A stretch of 64,000 nucleotides of DNA from NCBI RefSeq assembly GCF_009914755.1, contig NC_060925.1; one strand, 5' to 3'. A program made the translations under genes and the position numbers. This stretch comes from the human T2T-CHM13v2.0 reference genome, Homo sapiens. Under the pieces are notes generated by a model. It made no database searches. It was not told where the DNA came from and saw only the letters and a program-made list of their open reading frames with translations. Position 1 is the first letter of the stretch, and every line of letters starts with the position of its first letter. Of this stretch, positions 51,402 to 64,000 are shown in pieces.

Positions 51402-51800
51402 GTCTTGTCAATGCTGTTCCTCCCTCCTTCTGTTGGTCAGGACTCTTGGGTTTGCACAGCACAGAAATCCAACTTAAAGATGCTTAAGCTGAAAGAGAAG
51501 TTACTGATTTATTGGAAGGGTGTTAGGGTAGACCTTAGAGGGAGATTCAGGAGCCAGACTGTTGGGGGTGCAAGTGCTGACTGTTGCCCCTTCTAACTGT
51601 GCAGCCCACAGCAAGTGAGGTCACTTCTCAGGGCTTCACCTTCCCTATTTATAGGACGGGCTCATAGTAATACCTCCTTCACTAGGTGAAGGCTGGATTA
51701 GCGCAATGAATTAGCACAGTGACTGCAGCCCACCTTGAGAAACATACTTTATATCATCACCCAGCACACACATAAATCGAAGACAAATGCTCATAAAACA

Positions 51801-52078
51801 GGCCGGTTGCAGTGGCTAATGCCTGCAATCCCAGTACTTTGGGAGGCTTTGGGAAGATCGGTTGAGGCCAGGAGTTTGAGACCAGCCAGGACAACATAGT
51901 GAGATCCCATCTCTACAAAAAATGAAAAAAAATTAGCCAGGTGTGGTGGTGTGCACCTACAGTCCTAGCTAGCTAGCTACTCAAGAGGCTGAGGCAGGAG
52001 ACTTGCTTGAACCCGGGAGTTCAAGATACTGTAGCCTCCAGCCTGGGTGACAGAACAAGACTCTGCCTCTTAAAAAAA

Positions 52079-52138
<60 letters not shown>

Positions 52139-52148
52139 CACACACACA
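51801..52148 (+). mobile_element. Alu (AluJ) with A/(TA)n/(CA)n tail
   Basis: Dimer with small right-arm deletion. Confidence 0.94.
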
Positions 52149-52359
52149 ATATTTGCCCTTACTACTATATGTAATATACTCTGATAATTTATGTTGTAGT
52201 TTAGTCTAGTCTAGTGTAGTCTATTTTGTTTATTCTTAAAAATGCTGACACTCAATGTTTTCACCACAAAAATATGATAAGTACATGAGGTGACCGATTT
52301 GTTAATTAGCTTTATTTAATCATTCTACTATGTAAACATATATCAAAATATCACATTGT

Positions 52360-52660
<301 letters not shown>

Positions 52661-53474
52661 TCACATCGTACCTCATAAATATATACAATTATTTTTTCAA
52701 TTAAAAATAAAATTTAAAAATTTTTATTAAATGCTGGTATCAACTCCTTAAAATGATTTAATGACTCCTCCCCCTGCCATGGGTTGTGGTTTGAATTAGA
52801 AAAATATTATCTGTTAAGAGCTTAATGAAGCATCTGGCACATAGCACAGTTTAATAGATGTCAGGTACTGTTACTGTTGTTGTTGTTAAGAGCAGACTGA
52901 CCAAGGCTGCAGAAGGACAGGCTTGATTGCAACAGACACTTCTGTGCAGTCAGGACTATCTCACTGGTCTCTTTCTGTGTGTCAGCATCTCTTCCCTACG
53001 CTGACCTTCTCCTCACAGTTGCAGCCATGGCTGCAGGCTGCTCCAAGATGACATCGATATGGCTCTACTACCAGAAAGGAAAAGAGTGCTTTCTCTTTCC
53101 CCCTGAAGCTTCAGTAATAATCGTAGCTAACATTTATTGCGTGCTTATGTGGACCAGACGCTGTCCTAAGTCTTTATAGTATTCTTCCCCTCAGTCCTCA
53201 TGATGATCTGTGGTGGAGTCGTTGGCAGAGGATGGCTGGATGTACATCAGACCCATTTCTTCTTCCTGGGCCCACAAGTAAACTGCATTTCCCAGGCCTC
53301 TTGTAGCCAGGTGGAGCCATGTGACTAGTTCTGGCCAATGGTATGTGAGTAGAGGTTTCTCTTTCTTTACTCCGTCAGCTGCTGAGGACAGGGAAACCTC
53401 GAAGGCTGTGTTAAAGACGCTGGAACCACATGCTAATAAAAATGAGCATCTATGAAATCTATGAATCACTTCAT

Positions 53475-53597
53475 AGAGCTTTTACCTGCAAGGGCAGAGT
53501 TTAACACAGGATTGATAGTTGTGACAGAGACCATATACTCCTTCTCTCCCAAAGCTGAAAATATTTACTATCTAGCCTTTTATTTAAAAAAAATTGT
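53475..53597 (+). mobile_element. MER58A fragment
   Basis: tagttgtgacagagaccata..aaaatatttactatct. Confidence 0.7.
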
Positions 53598-53988
<391 letters not shown>

Positions 53989-54180
53989 GAGATCTCTGCT
54001 TCAAACTAAAAAATAAAATCCCTTGGAAAGCCCATTTGAGTCATGTGACCGTGGCTGAACCAATCACAATAGCTGAGGAAAGTGAGGTGCTGTGATTGGC
54101 CAAGCCTAGGTCAGGTGCTTGCACCTCAGCCAATCAATGCAGCTAGAAAGGAAGGGTCATGTAGCCAGAGCGAAGGGAGT

Positions 54181-54578
54181 TGTTATGGACTGAATTGTGT
54201 CTCCCCAGACTTCATATGTTAAAGCCCTAACCCCCAATGTGACTGGATTTGGAGACAGGGCCTTTAAAGGAGGTAATTAAGGTTAAATGAGGTCATAAGG
54301 GTGGGGTCCTAATCCGATAGGACTGGGGTCCTTATGAGAGGAGGAAGAGACACCCCCCTGAGCGTTCTATCTCTCCCTCTCGACGTATGCACACAGAGAA
54401 AAGGCCATGTGGAGACACGATGAAAAGCCCCCTCTGCAAGCTGAGGAGAGAGGCCTCACCAGAACCGGACCATGCAGGTGCCTCGATCCTGGACTTCCAG
54501 CCTCCAGAACTGTGAGAAAATGAATTTCTGTTGTTTAATCCATCCAGCTTACGGCATTTTGTTATGGCAGCCCCAGCA
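54181..54578 (+). mobile_element. MLT1A0-like solo LTR
   Basis: tgttatggactgaattgtgt...ttgttatggcagcc; flanked by ggagt on both sides. Confidence 0.88.
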
Positions 54579-54959
54579 GGAGTGGTTTCCCAGAAGGTGC
54601 TGGTTGAGGGCATGGAGACTACCAACACAGTGAATTAGTTCTGGGAGTACCGCTGTGAGCCAGATAACACCTACTCCATCCCCCAATTTGTGTCTGTGGC
54701 ACTATTATCAAATACCACTAATAATAGATTATTATATGCCAGAGTATTTATACTGGACAGACAGTGGCAGCACACTCACTCTGGTGGGGAGTTGCAGACA
54801 ATGCTAAAGGTAGATCTCAGATTTGCTGTCTCCTGTTCCAATGTTGTTGGCAAGACCCCAAACGTGGGCCCTAATAGGGGCCCCAAATGTTCCCTCTGGG
54901 GTCCCCTAGATCATTTCCTGGTACTCATATACTTACTGGTACATATACTCACATGGGTT

Positions 54960-55830
54960 TTTAATAATACATAGTGGTACACATCAGAAAGTAGGGAAGT
55001 GCTCAAAAGAATGATAGTGTATTAGTCCGTTCTCACACTGCTATGAAGAAATACCCGAGACTGACTAATTTATAAAAGACAGAAGTTTAATTGACTCACA
55101 GTTCTGCATGGCTGGGGAGGCTTCAGGAAACTTACAATCATGGCGAAAGGCAAAGGAGAAGCAGGCGCCTGCTTCACGGGGGCGCAGGACAGAGTAAGTG
55201 CAAGCAGGGGAAATGCTAGATTCATAAAACCATCAGATCTCATGAGACTCACTTACTATCACGAGAACAGCATGGGGGAACCGCCCCCATGATCCAATTA
55301 CCTCCACCTTGTCCTGCCCTTGACACGTGGAGATTACAGGGATTACAATTCAAGGTGAGATTTGGGTGGAGACACAGAACAAAATCATATCAGATGGGAA
55401 CATGTCAGAAGGACATAGGAACCAACCTGAAAACGCTCCCACTGGCCAAATCAGGGATAATTTGAAAACCAAAATAAATAATGATAGTAACAGACTATCA
55501 CCCATTGAAAAAATATGAATCTATGTATCCATACTGACATGAATAAGGAAATAAAGTAGGGAGAAGGGAATGCTTTTTCTTACAGTAGAATGCCAACTAC
55601 TAAATATAGAAATGAGAGTTGGAAAATCATCAGAGGGTGGTAGAACTCCCGGGTGAAAGCCTGATGAGGAACAGGACATTAGTGTGGTCTTAGAGTATCT
55701 CCTCATGTTACTTATTAGTGACAAAGGGAAACATGTAACTTTACAGGGGACTTCATCAAGTGATCAAAGTTAACACAGCCTATATTGGAACAAACTGACA
55801 ATCACCTGCTTCCTGATATGAGGCACTGAA
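54960..55830 (+). mobile_element. L1MC 3' UTR relic split by THE1
   Basis: gggaacatgtca..ctcccactggccaaatc; acagtagaatgccaac. Confidence 0.7.
55018..55392 (-). mobile_element. THE1C/D solo LTR
   Basis: tgtattagtccgttctcacactgct...aatcatatca; TSD gatag/gatgg. Confidence 0.92.
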
Positions 55831-55831
55831 T

Positions 55832-57120
55832 TAGTGACATACCAAGGGCGGGAATCATCTGGTCTGGGTGCAGGCAGCGAGTCGCGCTTTTTAAGAATTT
55901 AAAAGTAGTAAAACAGACTAAAATTGAGGTGCTTTTTATTATCACCATGTGCCAACAATTCAGTGATAAAACAGTCTTCCCTTAAAACATCTGAGCAATT
56001 GCTCCCATTGCTTTTAGATATAATTATATATTCAGTATACATATACATATATACATAAACACACATACATAGACACATACATATGTACAATTCACATGAG
56101 CAAATTCTTACTACTTATCTTTTCGTAAATGTTAGGTTCAAAGTGGAAGTTTATCTGGAGAATTCCCAGGTAGACATTTTGCCCTGGTATATGTAGACTC
56201 TGCAAAATGTATTTGTTTACAGAGTACATTCATTTTGGTTCTTCTTGTTCAAGCTAACTTTGGTGCAGTCTGCACCTCCAACCCGTCATATCCCATATCC
56301 CTGTGTTTAAATAGTAGGCTCAAAACAAGCAGTGATAGCAGAGTGATGGCAAAGAAACTGATCCTGAGTACAATTCTGACATTCTATGTGATTACCTGGC
56401 GTTTTCCCCCATGCGTGACACTTTACAGAACTTTGGAAAAAATGTGCCCATGCTTTTCAATCTCACTTTGCTGGTGGCAGACGCTGCAGAATAAGGGTGT
56501 GACAGTGGAAAGACTTTCCCACGCAAAATGATTGCACCACACGAAGCTGTGCATGCAGTAGAGACGGTGCTTGAAAAGTGAACCCCAACCTTTGAAGTGC
56601 TGGGTAATCCAAAGGGGGAATCTGTTGAGATTTTGCTTTCTGCTGTATATGACAATTCCCCCGCCCCGCCCCACTCTGAGTTGTCCTTTTCAAGTGTGAA
56701 GTTTTAGGTAAGGTGAATCTGACACAAAAAAATCAGTCCTGATCACTGGAGAGTAAAATATCAAGCTTTAAAAAATTATGTATGGATTGGGCATGGTGGC
56801 TCACGCCTGTAATCCTAGCACTTTGGGAGGCTGAGGTGAGTGGATCACCTGAGATCAGGAGTTTGAAACCAGCCTGGCCAACATGGCAAAACCCCATCTC
56901 TACTAAAAATACAAAAATTAGCCAGGTGTGGGGGCGGGTGCCTGTAATCCTAGCTACTGGGGAGGCTGAGGCAGGAGAATCTCTTCTACCTGTGGGGGAG
57001 GAGGTTGCAGTGAGCCGAGATCATGCCATTTAACTCCAGCCTGGGCCAAAGAGCTAAACTCCATCTCAAAAAAAAAAAAAAAGATGTACGAATAAAATTT
57101 TTTACAAAGTTATGTTTACA
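55832..57120 (+). mobile_element. MER97-like hAT-Tip100 DNA transposon (3' boundary uncertain)
   Basis: agtgacataccaagggcggg..gggtgcaggca..gctttttattatcaccatg match recalled 5' consensus. Confidence 0.55.
56785..57082 (+). mobile_element. Alu (AluS)
   Basis: Dimer with poly(A). Confidence 0.95.
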
Positions 57121-57332
57121 CTAAAATAAATAAGTAAATAAACAAATAAATAAATATTTCTCCTTGAAGACTGGTGTATAGAAATCATGGAAAAGTCCAC
57201 TAACTATGCAATAACAAATCATAAAGGAATGAGTATTTACACAGAAAAAACGATCAAATCTCAAAGAAGAGAGTTGAGAGAAACAACAGAAGATGCCGGT
57301 CTTATGCTGCCAGAAGAAATAAAAGGGAAATA

Positions 57333-57447
57333 TTAGAACATCTCACTGTGTTGCCAAGGCTGGTCTCGAACTCCTGGCCTGGAGCCATCCTCCTGCCTTG
57401 ACCTCCCAAAGTACCTGGATTACAGGTGTGAGCCACCATGCCTGGCC
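57333..57447 (-). mobile_element. FLAM monomer
   Basis: Antisense left monomer. Confidence 0.85.
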
Positions 57448-57559
57448 CTGAAATTATTTCACAATGAAAATGTACCAACCCCCAACCCCCAACCCCAAAA
57501 CCAAGCAAGTTAAGCTGGACTCAGTGGTATGTGGGGTAAAGGGGAGAGACAGCTAAAGA

Positions 57560-58000
57560 TGACACTGAGCCAACCCTTGTGGGTGAATGGAAGAGGATGA
57601 GACAGCATCAGTCCAGCAAGAAGAACAAATTCCGGGAAAGGCGATGAGGAGGCTGTGGACACGTGGAATCTCAGATTCCTGAGGGATGAGCAGGGGGAGG
57701 TGTGCAGCAAGCCACTGAGTATGTGGTCCTGAGGCTGCAGGGGTGGATCAGGGAGGGAGAATTAACCTTGTGTAAGTCATGGAGGGGATGGAAGAGAGAG
57801 CAAGAATGAACCCTAGGGAAAGATGGCCGAGGAAGAGGAACCAGCAAAATGAACAGAAAAGGACAGATCAGAAGGTAAAGGGACAGTACAGTGACCGTGG
57901 TGTCACAGAAATCAAGGGAGGTGAGCATTTTGAGCAGGAGGAAGTGGTTGCTGGGGAGAAATGCCATGAGAAGTCACATAGGATAAGGATGAACTTTTAA
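57560..58000 (-). mobile_element. L2 relic
   Basis: gtggtgtcacagaaatcaagggagg..aggataagga. Confidence 0.55.
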
Positions 58001-58675
58001 AGTGGGTTCTCTCATTCCACACTCTCTGCACATAGCATCACTTTATACCCCATAAATATACGAAATTATAATTTGTCAATAATACATAAAGTGGATCCTA
58101 GCAAGCAGTTAGTGATACACCCACTAACATACCTGTGAAGACCCAGAAAAAGACAAAAACTCTCTAAGAAAGACACGGAAAACCAGCATTGAAAATCAAC
58201 CCATGGCCAGAATCAAGACTTCCCACGGATTAGGAAGCGATGGGGGTGGGTTGAGAAGTGGAATTAAACCCCCTGTTGTACTTGATAAGAAAGTGCAAGG
58301 TGTAAATATCTCATTTTCCCCTCACTCTCTGCTCCTGGTTCAGAAACTGAAGATATGCTGCAACCAGAAAAATGGGCAGTTGTTGTGTTTCTAAGTCATA
58401 AATCCTGTTTTGGACAAGCCAAAGTGCTGCTTCCTCTCCTCCCTTCCCCATATATGTCCTTCAAAAAACATTCATACCAAAACCACAAGTCCCAGAAAAC
58501 AGTAGGAGGTGGAGGGAGGAACCTGGATTGTGTCTGAGATTGGGGGATTCTGTTTAATATTTATGTTTTCTTTCTTTTTTTCTTTCTGTTCTATTTTTTT
58601 CCCAATGACAATGTATTATAATGAGAGATATTCAAAATAATTATATATGCTTTTATATTACCAAATCACCACAAC

Positions 58676-59488
<813 letters not shown>

Positions 59489-59964
59489 GACTTTTATGTA
59501 TTTTCTATCATAAGCATGCATCATTTTTAGAATGGAAAAAAATATGTGTAATTTACAGAAAAAAGGAAAAGTGTCCATGGATTTGGAGACTGATGAAAGA
59601 ATTGTCAGTGGAGGGATGGGATGGGGGAAGCAGGATTGAGGTTCCCCTGTGTAATCACTATGATGTCTACAGTACTTTCTGTTTTTCAAGTGCTTTTACA
59701 AAGCAGAGAGCTTTGTTTTTGGTTTTTGCTTCCTCTCTGATTCTCCTTCCCCTTCCCGTCATTCCCAGAGGGGCAGGGCCAGGAGATGTGTGTTCTAGTA
59801 TCAGGGATGAACTGTTTCCTTATATATCACATGCTTTCCCAACTCTTTAGTCTTCTGTCTGGGCCTAGGGTTTTGACACTTTAAAGGCCAGACCAGGATC
59901 CCTTTGTTGTCTGTGTTATCACGTCATCTCTTCCCTGAGGCACTAACCACCGGAATGCCCTCAC

Positions 59965-60960
59965 TAACTGAATTCATTCATTCAACAAATGTTTATTGAG
60001 TACAGAGTATGTGCTAGGCACTCTTTTAATCACTGGGCATACTACTGTGAACAAGACAAAGTCCATGGAGGAATGACCAAGGGGACAAGGACATTTTGTG
60101 AGCGAAAGTCCTTCAGTTCATATTTCAGAATCCTATCTCACCATGGTGCTAATTGCTCTGATGCCACCCTTTGTGGGGAGGAGAGACTGGGAAGGCACTT
60201 ATGGCTGAGGTGACAGTTACAGAGTTGCCTCAGGCTCCACAATTTACTCTGCTGTGTGGCCTTAGATCACTGGCTTCATCTCTCTGAGCCTCAACAACTT
60301 CGTAAAATGGAGATCATGAGAGCTGCCTCATAGGATTGTGGTGAGGATTAAAAGGGAGTGGGGGCAAGGGCCTGAGTGTGGGCCTGGCTTGGAGGAGGTA
60401 CACAGTAAGGAACAGCTATTAATATTGTGTTGGGTTTTTTGGGTTTAATCGCTGGGATTTTCTTCATGGGACTGCCAACCTCATTTTATCAGCCTTGGGA
60501 TTCCTGTCATTCTACAAGGCTGACAGACTTAGCCAGAGGCTCCAGCCCTCAGCTCTGCAGAAGCAGAAATTTGTTTTTGTCAGGTGCACAGGGTCTAGTC
60601 TGGGTGAACTCAGGCTGCCAGGACTCCTGGGAATTTGATGAATGAACCAGGTGTCAGGTGGCTCATTTGTAAGCAGGGCTTCTCCTTCGCAGGGGCCTGA
60701 GTGCTCAGGTCCACCATCAAGGCTGGGAAAAAGCTCTGATGTTTAAAGTGTGAGGCTGGGTCTGACCGATGACCCTTCATTTAATCCACTCAACCACCAT
60801 TTAGATGGTATTTGCCCCATTTTTACAGGTGGAAAACAAAACCTGGGGCTCAGAGATGGATCATATTCTCAGAAAGGATTGGAGTTAGTTATTAAAATGT
60901 TGCTTCAGAGTTCAGGACCAGAACACAATGAGGAGGACTGATCCATGCCTAATCCTGAGG
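59965..60960. mobile_element. L2 tail and MIR fragments
   Basis: attcattcattcaacaaatgtttattgag; tctctgagcctca..taaaatggaga; ccccatttttacaggtggaa. Confidence 0.65.
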
Positions 60961-61005
60961 CATATACGAGGGATTTTTTTTTTTGGTTTACAAATGACAT
61001 AGGCT

Positions 61006-61763
61006 TGCTATAGTGGGTTAAATGGTGCCCACCCCCCACCAAAAAAAGAGAGATATGCCCATGTCCTACCTCCCAGAACTTGTAAATGTGACCTTATTTG
61101 GTAAAAGGATTTTGCATGTATAATTAAGGATCGTGAGATGAGATCTGAAGATCATTCTGGATTACTACCTGGGTAGGCATACAACTGTGAACAAAAATCC
61201 AACAGCAAGTGTCCCTATAAGAGATGGAAGGAAGCCAGATGCAGTAGCTCATGCCTGTAATCTCAGTGTTTTGGGAGGCCCAAACGGGAAGATCGCTTGA
61301 GGCCAGGAGTTTGAGACCACCCTAGGCAACATAGCAAGACCTTGTCTCTACAAAAAATTTTTAAAAATTAGCTGGGTATGGTGGCATGTGCCTGTAGTCC
61401 TAGCTATTCAGGAGGCTGAGGTAGGAGACTCACTTGAGCCCAAGAGATCAAGGCTGCAGTGAGCCATGATTGCACCACTGCACTCCAGACTGGGTGACAG
61501 AACAAGACCCTATCTCAAACAGAGAGAGAGAGGGAGGGGGAGAGAGACAGCTGTGGGAAGACAAAGGCAAAGATCAGAGTTATGCACCCACCAGTAACTG
61601 GAAGGGACAAGACAGGATTAGAGCCTTAGGAGCCTTAGGAGGAGGGAGCATCGTCCTGCTGATGTCTTCTATTTGGACTTTGGCCTCCAGAGAATAAATT
61701 CCTGTTGTCTTAAGCCACTGAGTTTGTGGTAGTTTATTATAACAGTCCCAGGAAGTGAATACA
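61006..61763 (+). mobile_element. MLT1C/D solo LTR split by AluJ (61233-61520)
   Basis: aatgtgaccttatttgg..gttgtcttaagccact..gaataca. Confidence 0.8.
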
Positions 61764-62314
61764 CCTACTCAAAGGGGGATTTGATTGACTCAATATAGCC
61801 AAACCAAGGGAAGGGCTTGCAGTTAGGCCCAACTCCAGGGTGGCTGGGACCAGGCAGGGGAATGCTGCCCTCTTGTCATGGGATGTCTGTTCTCTTGGGT
61901 GGGGCCGTGGCCTTGGGTGTCTCTCGAGGAAAGACCAGGAGAAGGATTCTGATTGGCCTGGCTTGGGTTATGTGACCCGCTGGTCCCCACCAGGAACACT
62001 CCCAAAGAAGGGGCCTGGCAGGCAGCACCAATCGATGTTCACTCAGGCCATGGAAAAGCCTGGGAATTGCTTTTTTCCAGGTGGGTGTAGTGATCAGAGT
62101 GGATGCTCACATAGGACTGGGTCCCCAGTTCAGAGGGCTGAGGTCTGAAGTCAAGCCCACCTGAGATGGTACAGCTCTCCCCTTCCCCTCCAAGGGAAGC
62201 CTCTGCTATTTCTCTGTTCCTGGTGATTTATGCCATTGCTTTGATTTTACAGCAACTTTCCCTTCAGTGTTTTGCAGGCCACGTGCAGGAATTTTGTTTT
62301 AGTGGATGACTATT

Positions 62315-62790
62315 ATGTTGCCTGCCTAGTGGCTCCTACTAACTCTGTGACTGGCCCCTTCTCTTACTCCATCCCTGAAGTTGCTATAGGCCATTATAGA
62401 CCCTGCCTTACTGGATGCAGTTATTGGTTCAAGGGTGGCTGCCTGGCTCAAGCCAGACCAGTGAGGGTAGATGCCTGTAGGTGGCTGACAGTCTGAACTG
62501 AAGGTTGGAGTAGCTGTTGGTGCTCTATGTTCCTTACCTTCTGAAGAAAGGTGGAGAAAGAATAAAGCTGATGTTCAAGAGGTGCAGAGAGGAAGGAGGC
62601 CTTGCGATGTCCTGGTCTCTGGTTTAATTGTTCCTGAGCCCTCTGCTTTTTTCACACACAAAAAGCAGAGGTCTCAGGACCTCCGGCTGTTCAACCCTTT
62701 CTAGAATTAGTAGACTGGTAACCCATTTTTTTCTGTTTATTTGCTGGTCTATGGTGGATTTCTATTTCTAGCAACCCAAAGTTTGCAAAA
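62315..62790 (+). mobile_element. Old MaLR/ERVL LTR relic containing a hairpin
   Basis: ttattggttcaagggtgg..caagccagacca; ggatttctatttctagcaacc. Confidence 0.45.
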
Positions 62791-62859
62791 AGAATTTCCC
62801 ATTACTATGTATGAACAAAGTAAAGTCTAGAAAAATATGCTCAGGGCAGGTCAAGTATT

Positions 62860-63850
62860 GACTTCATTTTATTTTACATATAGAGTAACTGAGGCACAAA
62901 GAGGGGAGTGAACCACCCAAACCACACAGCGTGTGAATGGTTTGAGCCAGCACCCAAAATGCAGGGCTGCGGCTATCTTCCACTTGGAGTCGTTTCTTTA
63001 AGGACCTTGCCCTAACGCTGGCGTTCTGATTTCTGTGTGACTTAAGAATGGCTAGCCTTATCCCCCTCTGCCTCAATTTCCCCATCATGTCCCTATGGGC
63101 ATTCAATTCCTGGCAAAAGGCCGAACCAGATGTTATGATGTGGGCTGCTTTGAATTCTCAGGGCCAACAAAAGGCTATTATTATTTAATTACTGCAAATG
63201 GTAATTAAGAGGGAAGGTAATTGTCAGCCCTTTCATTATGGCACTTCTGCCCTTTTCCTCTGGCAGTCCCCGGGCCAGTCTTGAAAGGGAGCTGGGTCCA
63301 GATGTGCTGCGAGGATCCAGCACGGGAGGATTGTCAGCCCAGATGGGGGAAAGGCTGTAAGTAGTTACTGTCATCGGCCTCGCTTTCTGAAGACAATTTA
63401 TGGATGATAGAGCCCTTCCACACCCATGAGCTCCTTAGACTCGGTAGGAAAAAGGAGTGAACAGTCATTGAGCACTGGTTGTCTTTTGGGCACTGTGCTG
63501 GGCACTCTCCCTTCTCTGGGTGAGGTCAAGTCCCCAGAAGTCCAGCAAGGTGCCTTGCTTATAGCAAATGCTTGCTAATTGTTGGTGTGTACTGCTTCTA
63601 ATCCTGGCACACTGACCTGTGAAGTTTTATAAATGAGAAGACTGAGATCTTTCTAGATCCTAAAGCTAGTGCTAACCAAGATTTGAACCCTGTATATCTA
63701 TCTGACCTCAAAGCACTAATGCTCTTGCCTTATAACTTGCCACAGGTACTACTGGCCCATTTCAAAGTTGAAGAAATTGAAGCCCAGAGATGCAACATGG
63801 CTTGCCCAAGCTCACTGTAGGATTTAACATTGTCAGGACCTGGTGCCCCA
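62860..63850 (-). mobile_element. Dispersed MIR fragments (62860-62975, 63465-63720, 63750-63850)
   Basis: gagtaactgaggcacaaagagg; ataaatgagaagactgag; gaaattgaagcccagaga. Confidence 0.6.
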
Positions 63851-64000
63851 TGTCCTGCCCTGCCTGGTCAAGGCTCTGCCCTCCTGCCCATTTCACTGCT
63901 ATCTCCCTCCATCCCATAACCCCCAGCTCACTGCTGATGGTGACTGATGGTGAAAGATGACTAAGACATAGTCTTCACCCTCTGGCTAAGAGAACACTAA

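Noticed and set aside
56235-56693. Cluster of short ORFs in CpG-containing sequence
   Set aside because: It lies within the putative MER97-like element and shows no recognisable domain

Overview
Primate (probably human or great-ape) genomic DNA, intergenic or deep intronic. I cannot support any host protein-coding exon, RNA gene or CRISPR array. The window is mostly interspersed repeats: about 32 Alu/FLAM/FAM SINEs, many MIR and L2 relics, L1s of several ages, MaLR/ERVL/ERV1 LTRs and DNA-transposon relics. Two large nested structures dominate the left half: (1) an ancient two-LTR ERVL provirus (2449-8313, minus strand) inside a MER5-type MITE, with a near-intact 5-bp TSD; (2) a near-full-length L1MD-type LINE (~10875-28975) stretched to 18 kb by nested insertions, including a dead L1PA whose fragments give the window's longest ORF (349 aa). 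After ~31.7 kb the DNA is GC-richer and MIR/L2/MLT1-dominated, with a few unique islands that look regulatory (candidate CTCF site at 34392-34424). The most unusual signal is a set of local template-switch scars: a 123-bp copied segment wrapped in (TA)n at the ERV RT deletion (5080-5202), a two-template insertion (21700-21808), a fold-back/tandem mosaic (39970-40234) and a 20-bp-stem hairpin (62632-62679). There is also a 38-bp minisatellite that arose inside an L2. Subfamily names come from my recall of consensus sequences and need RepeatMasker/Dfam confirmation. I see no convincing new gene system.
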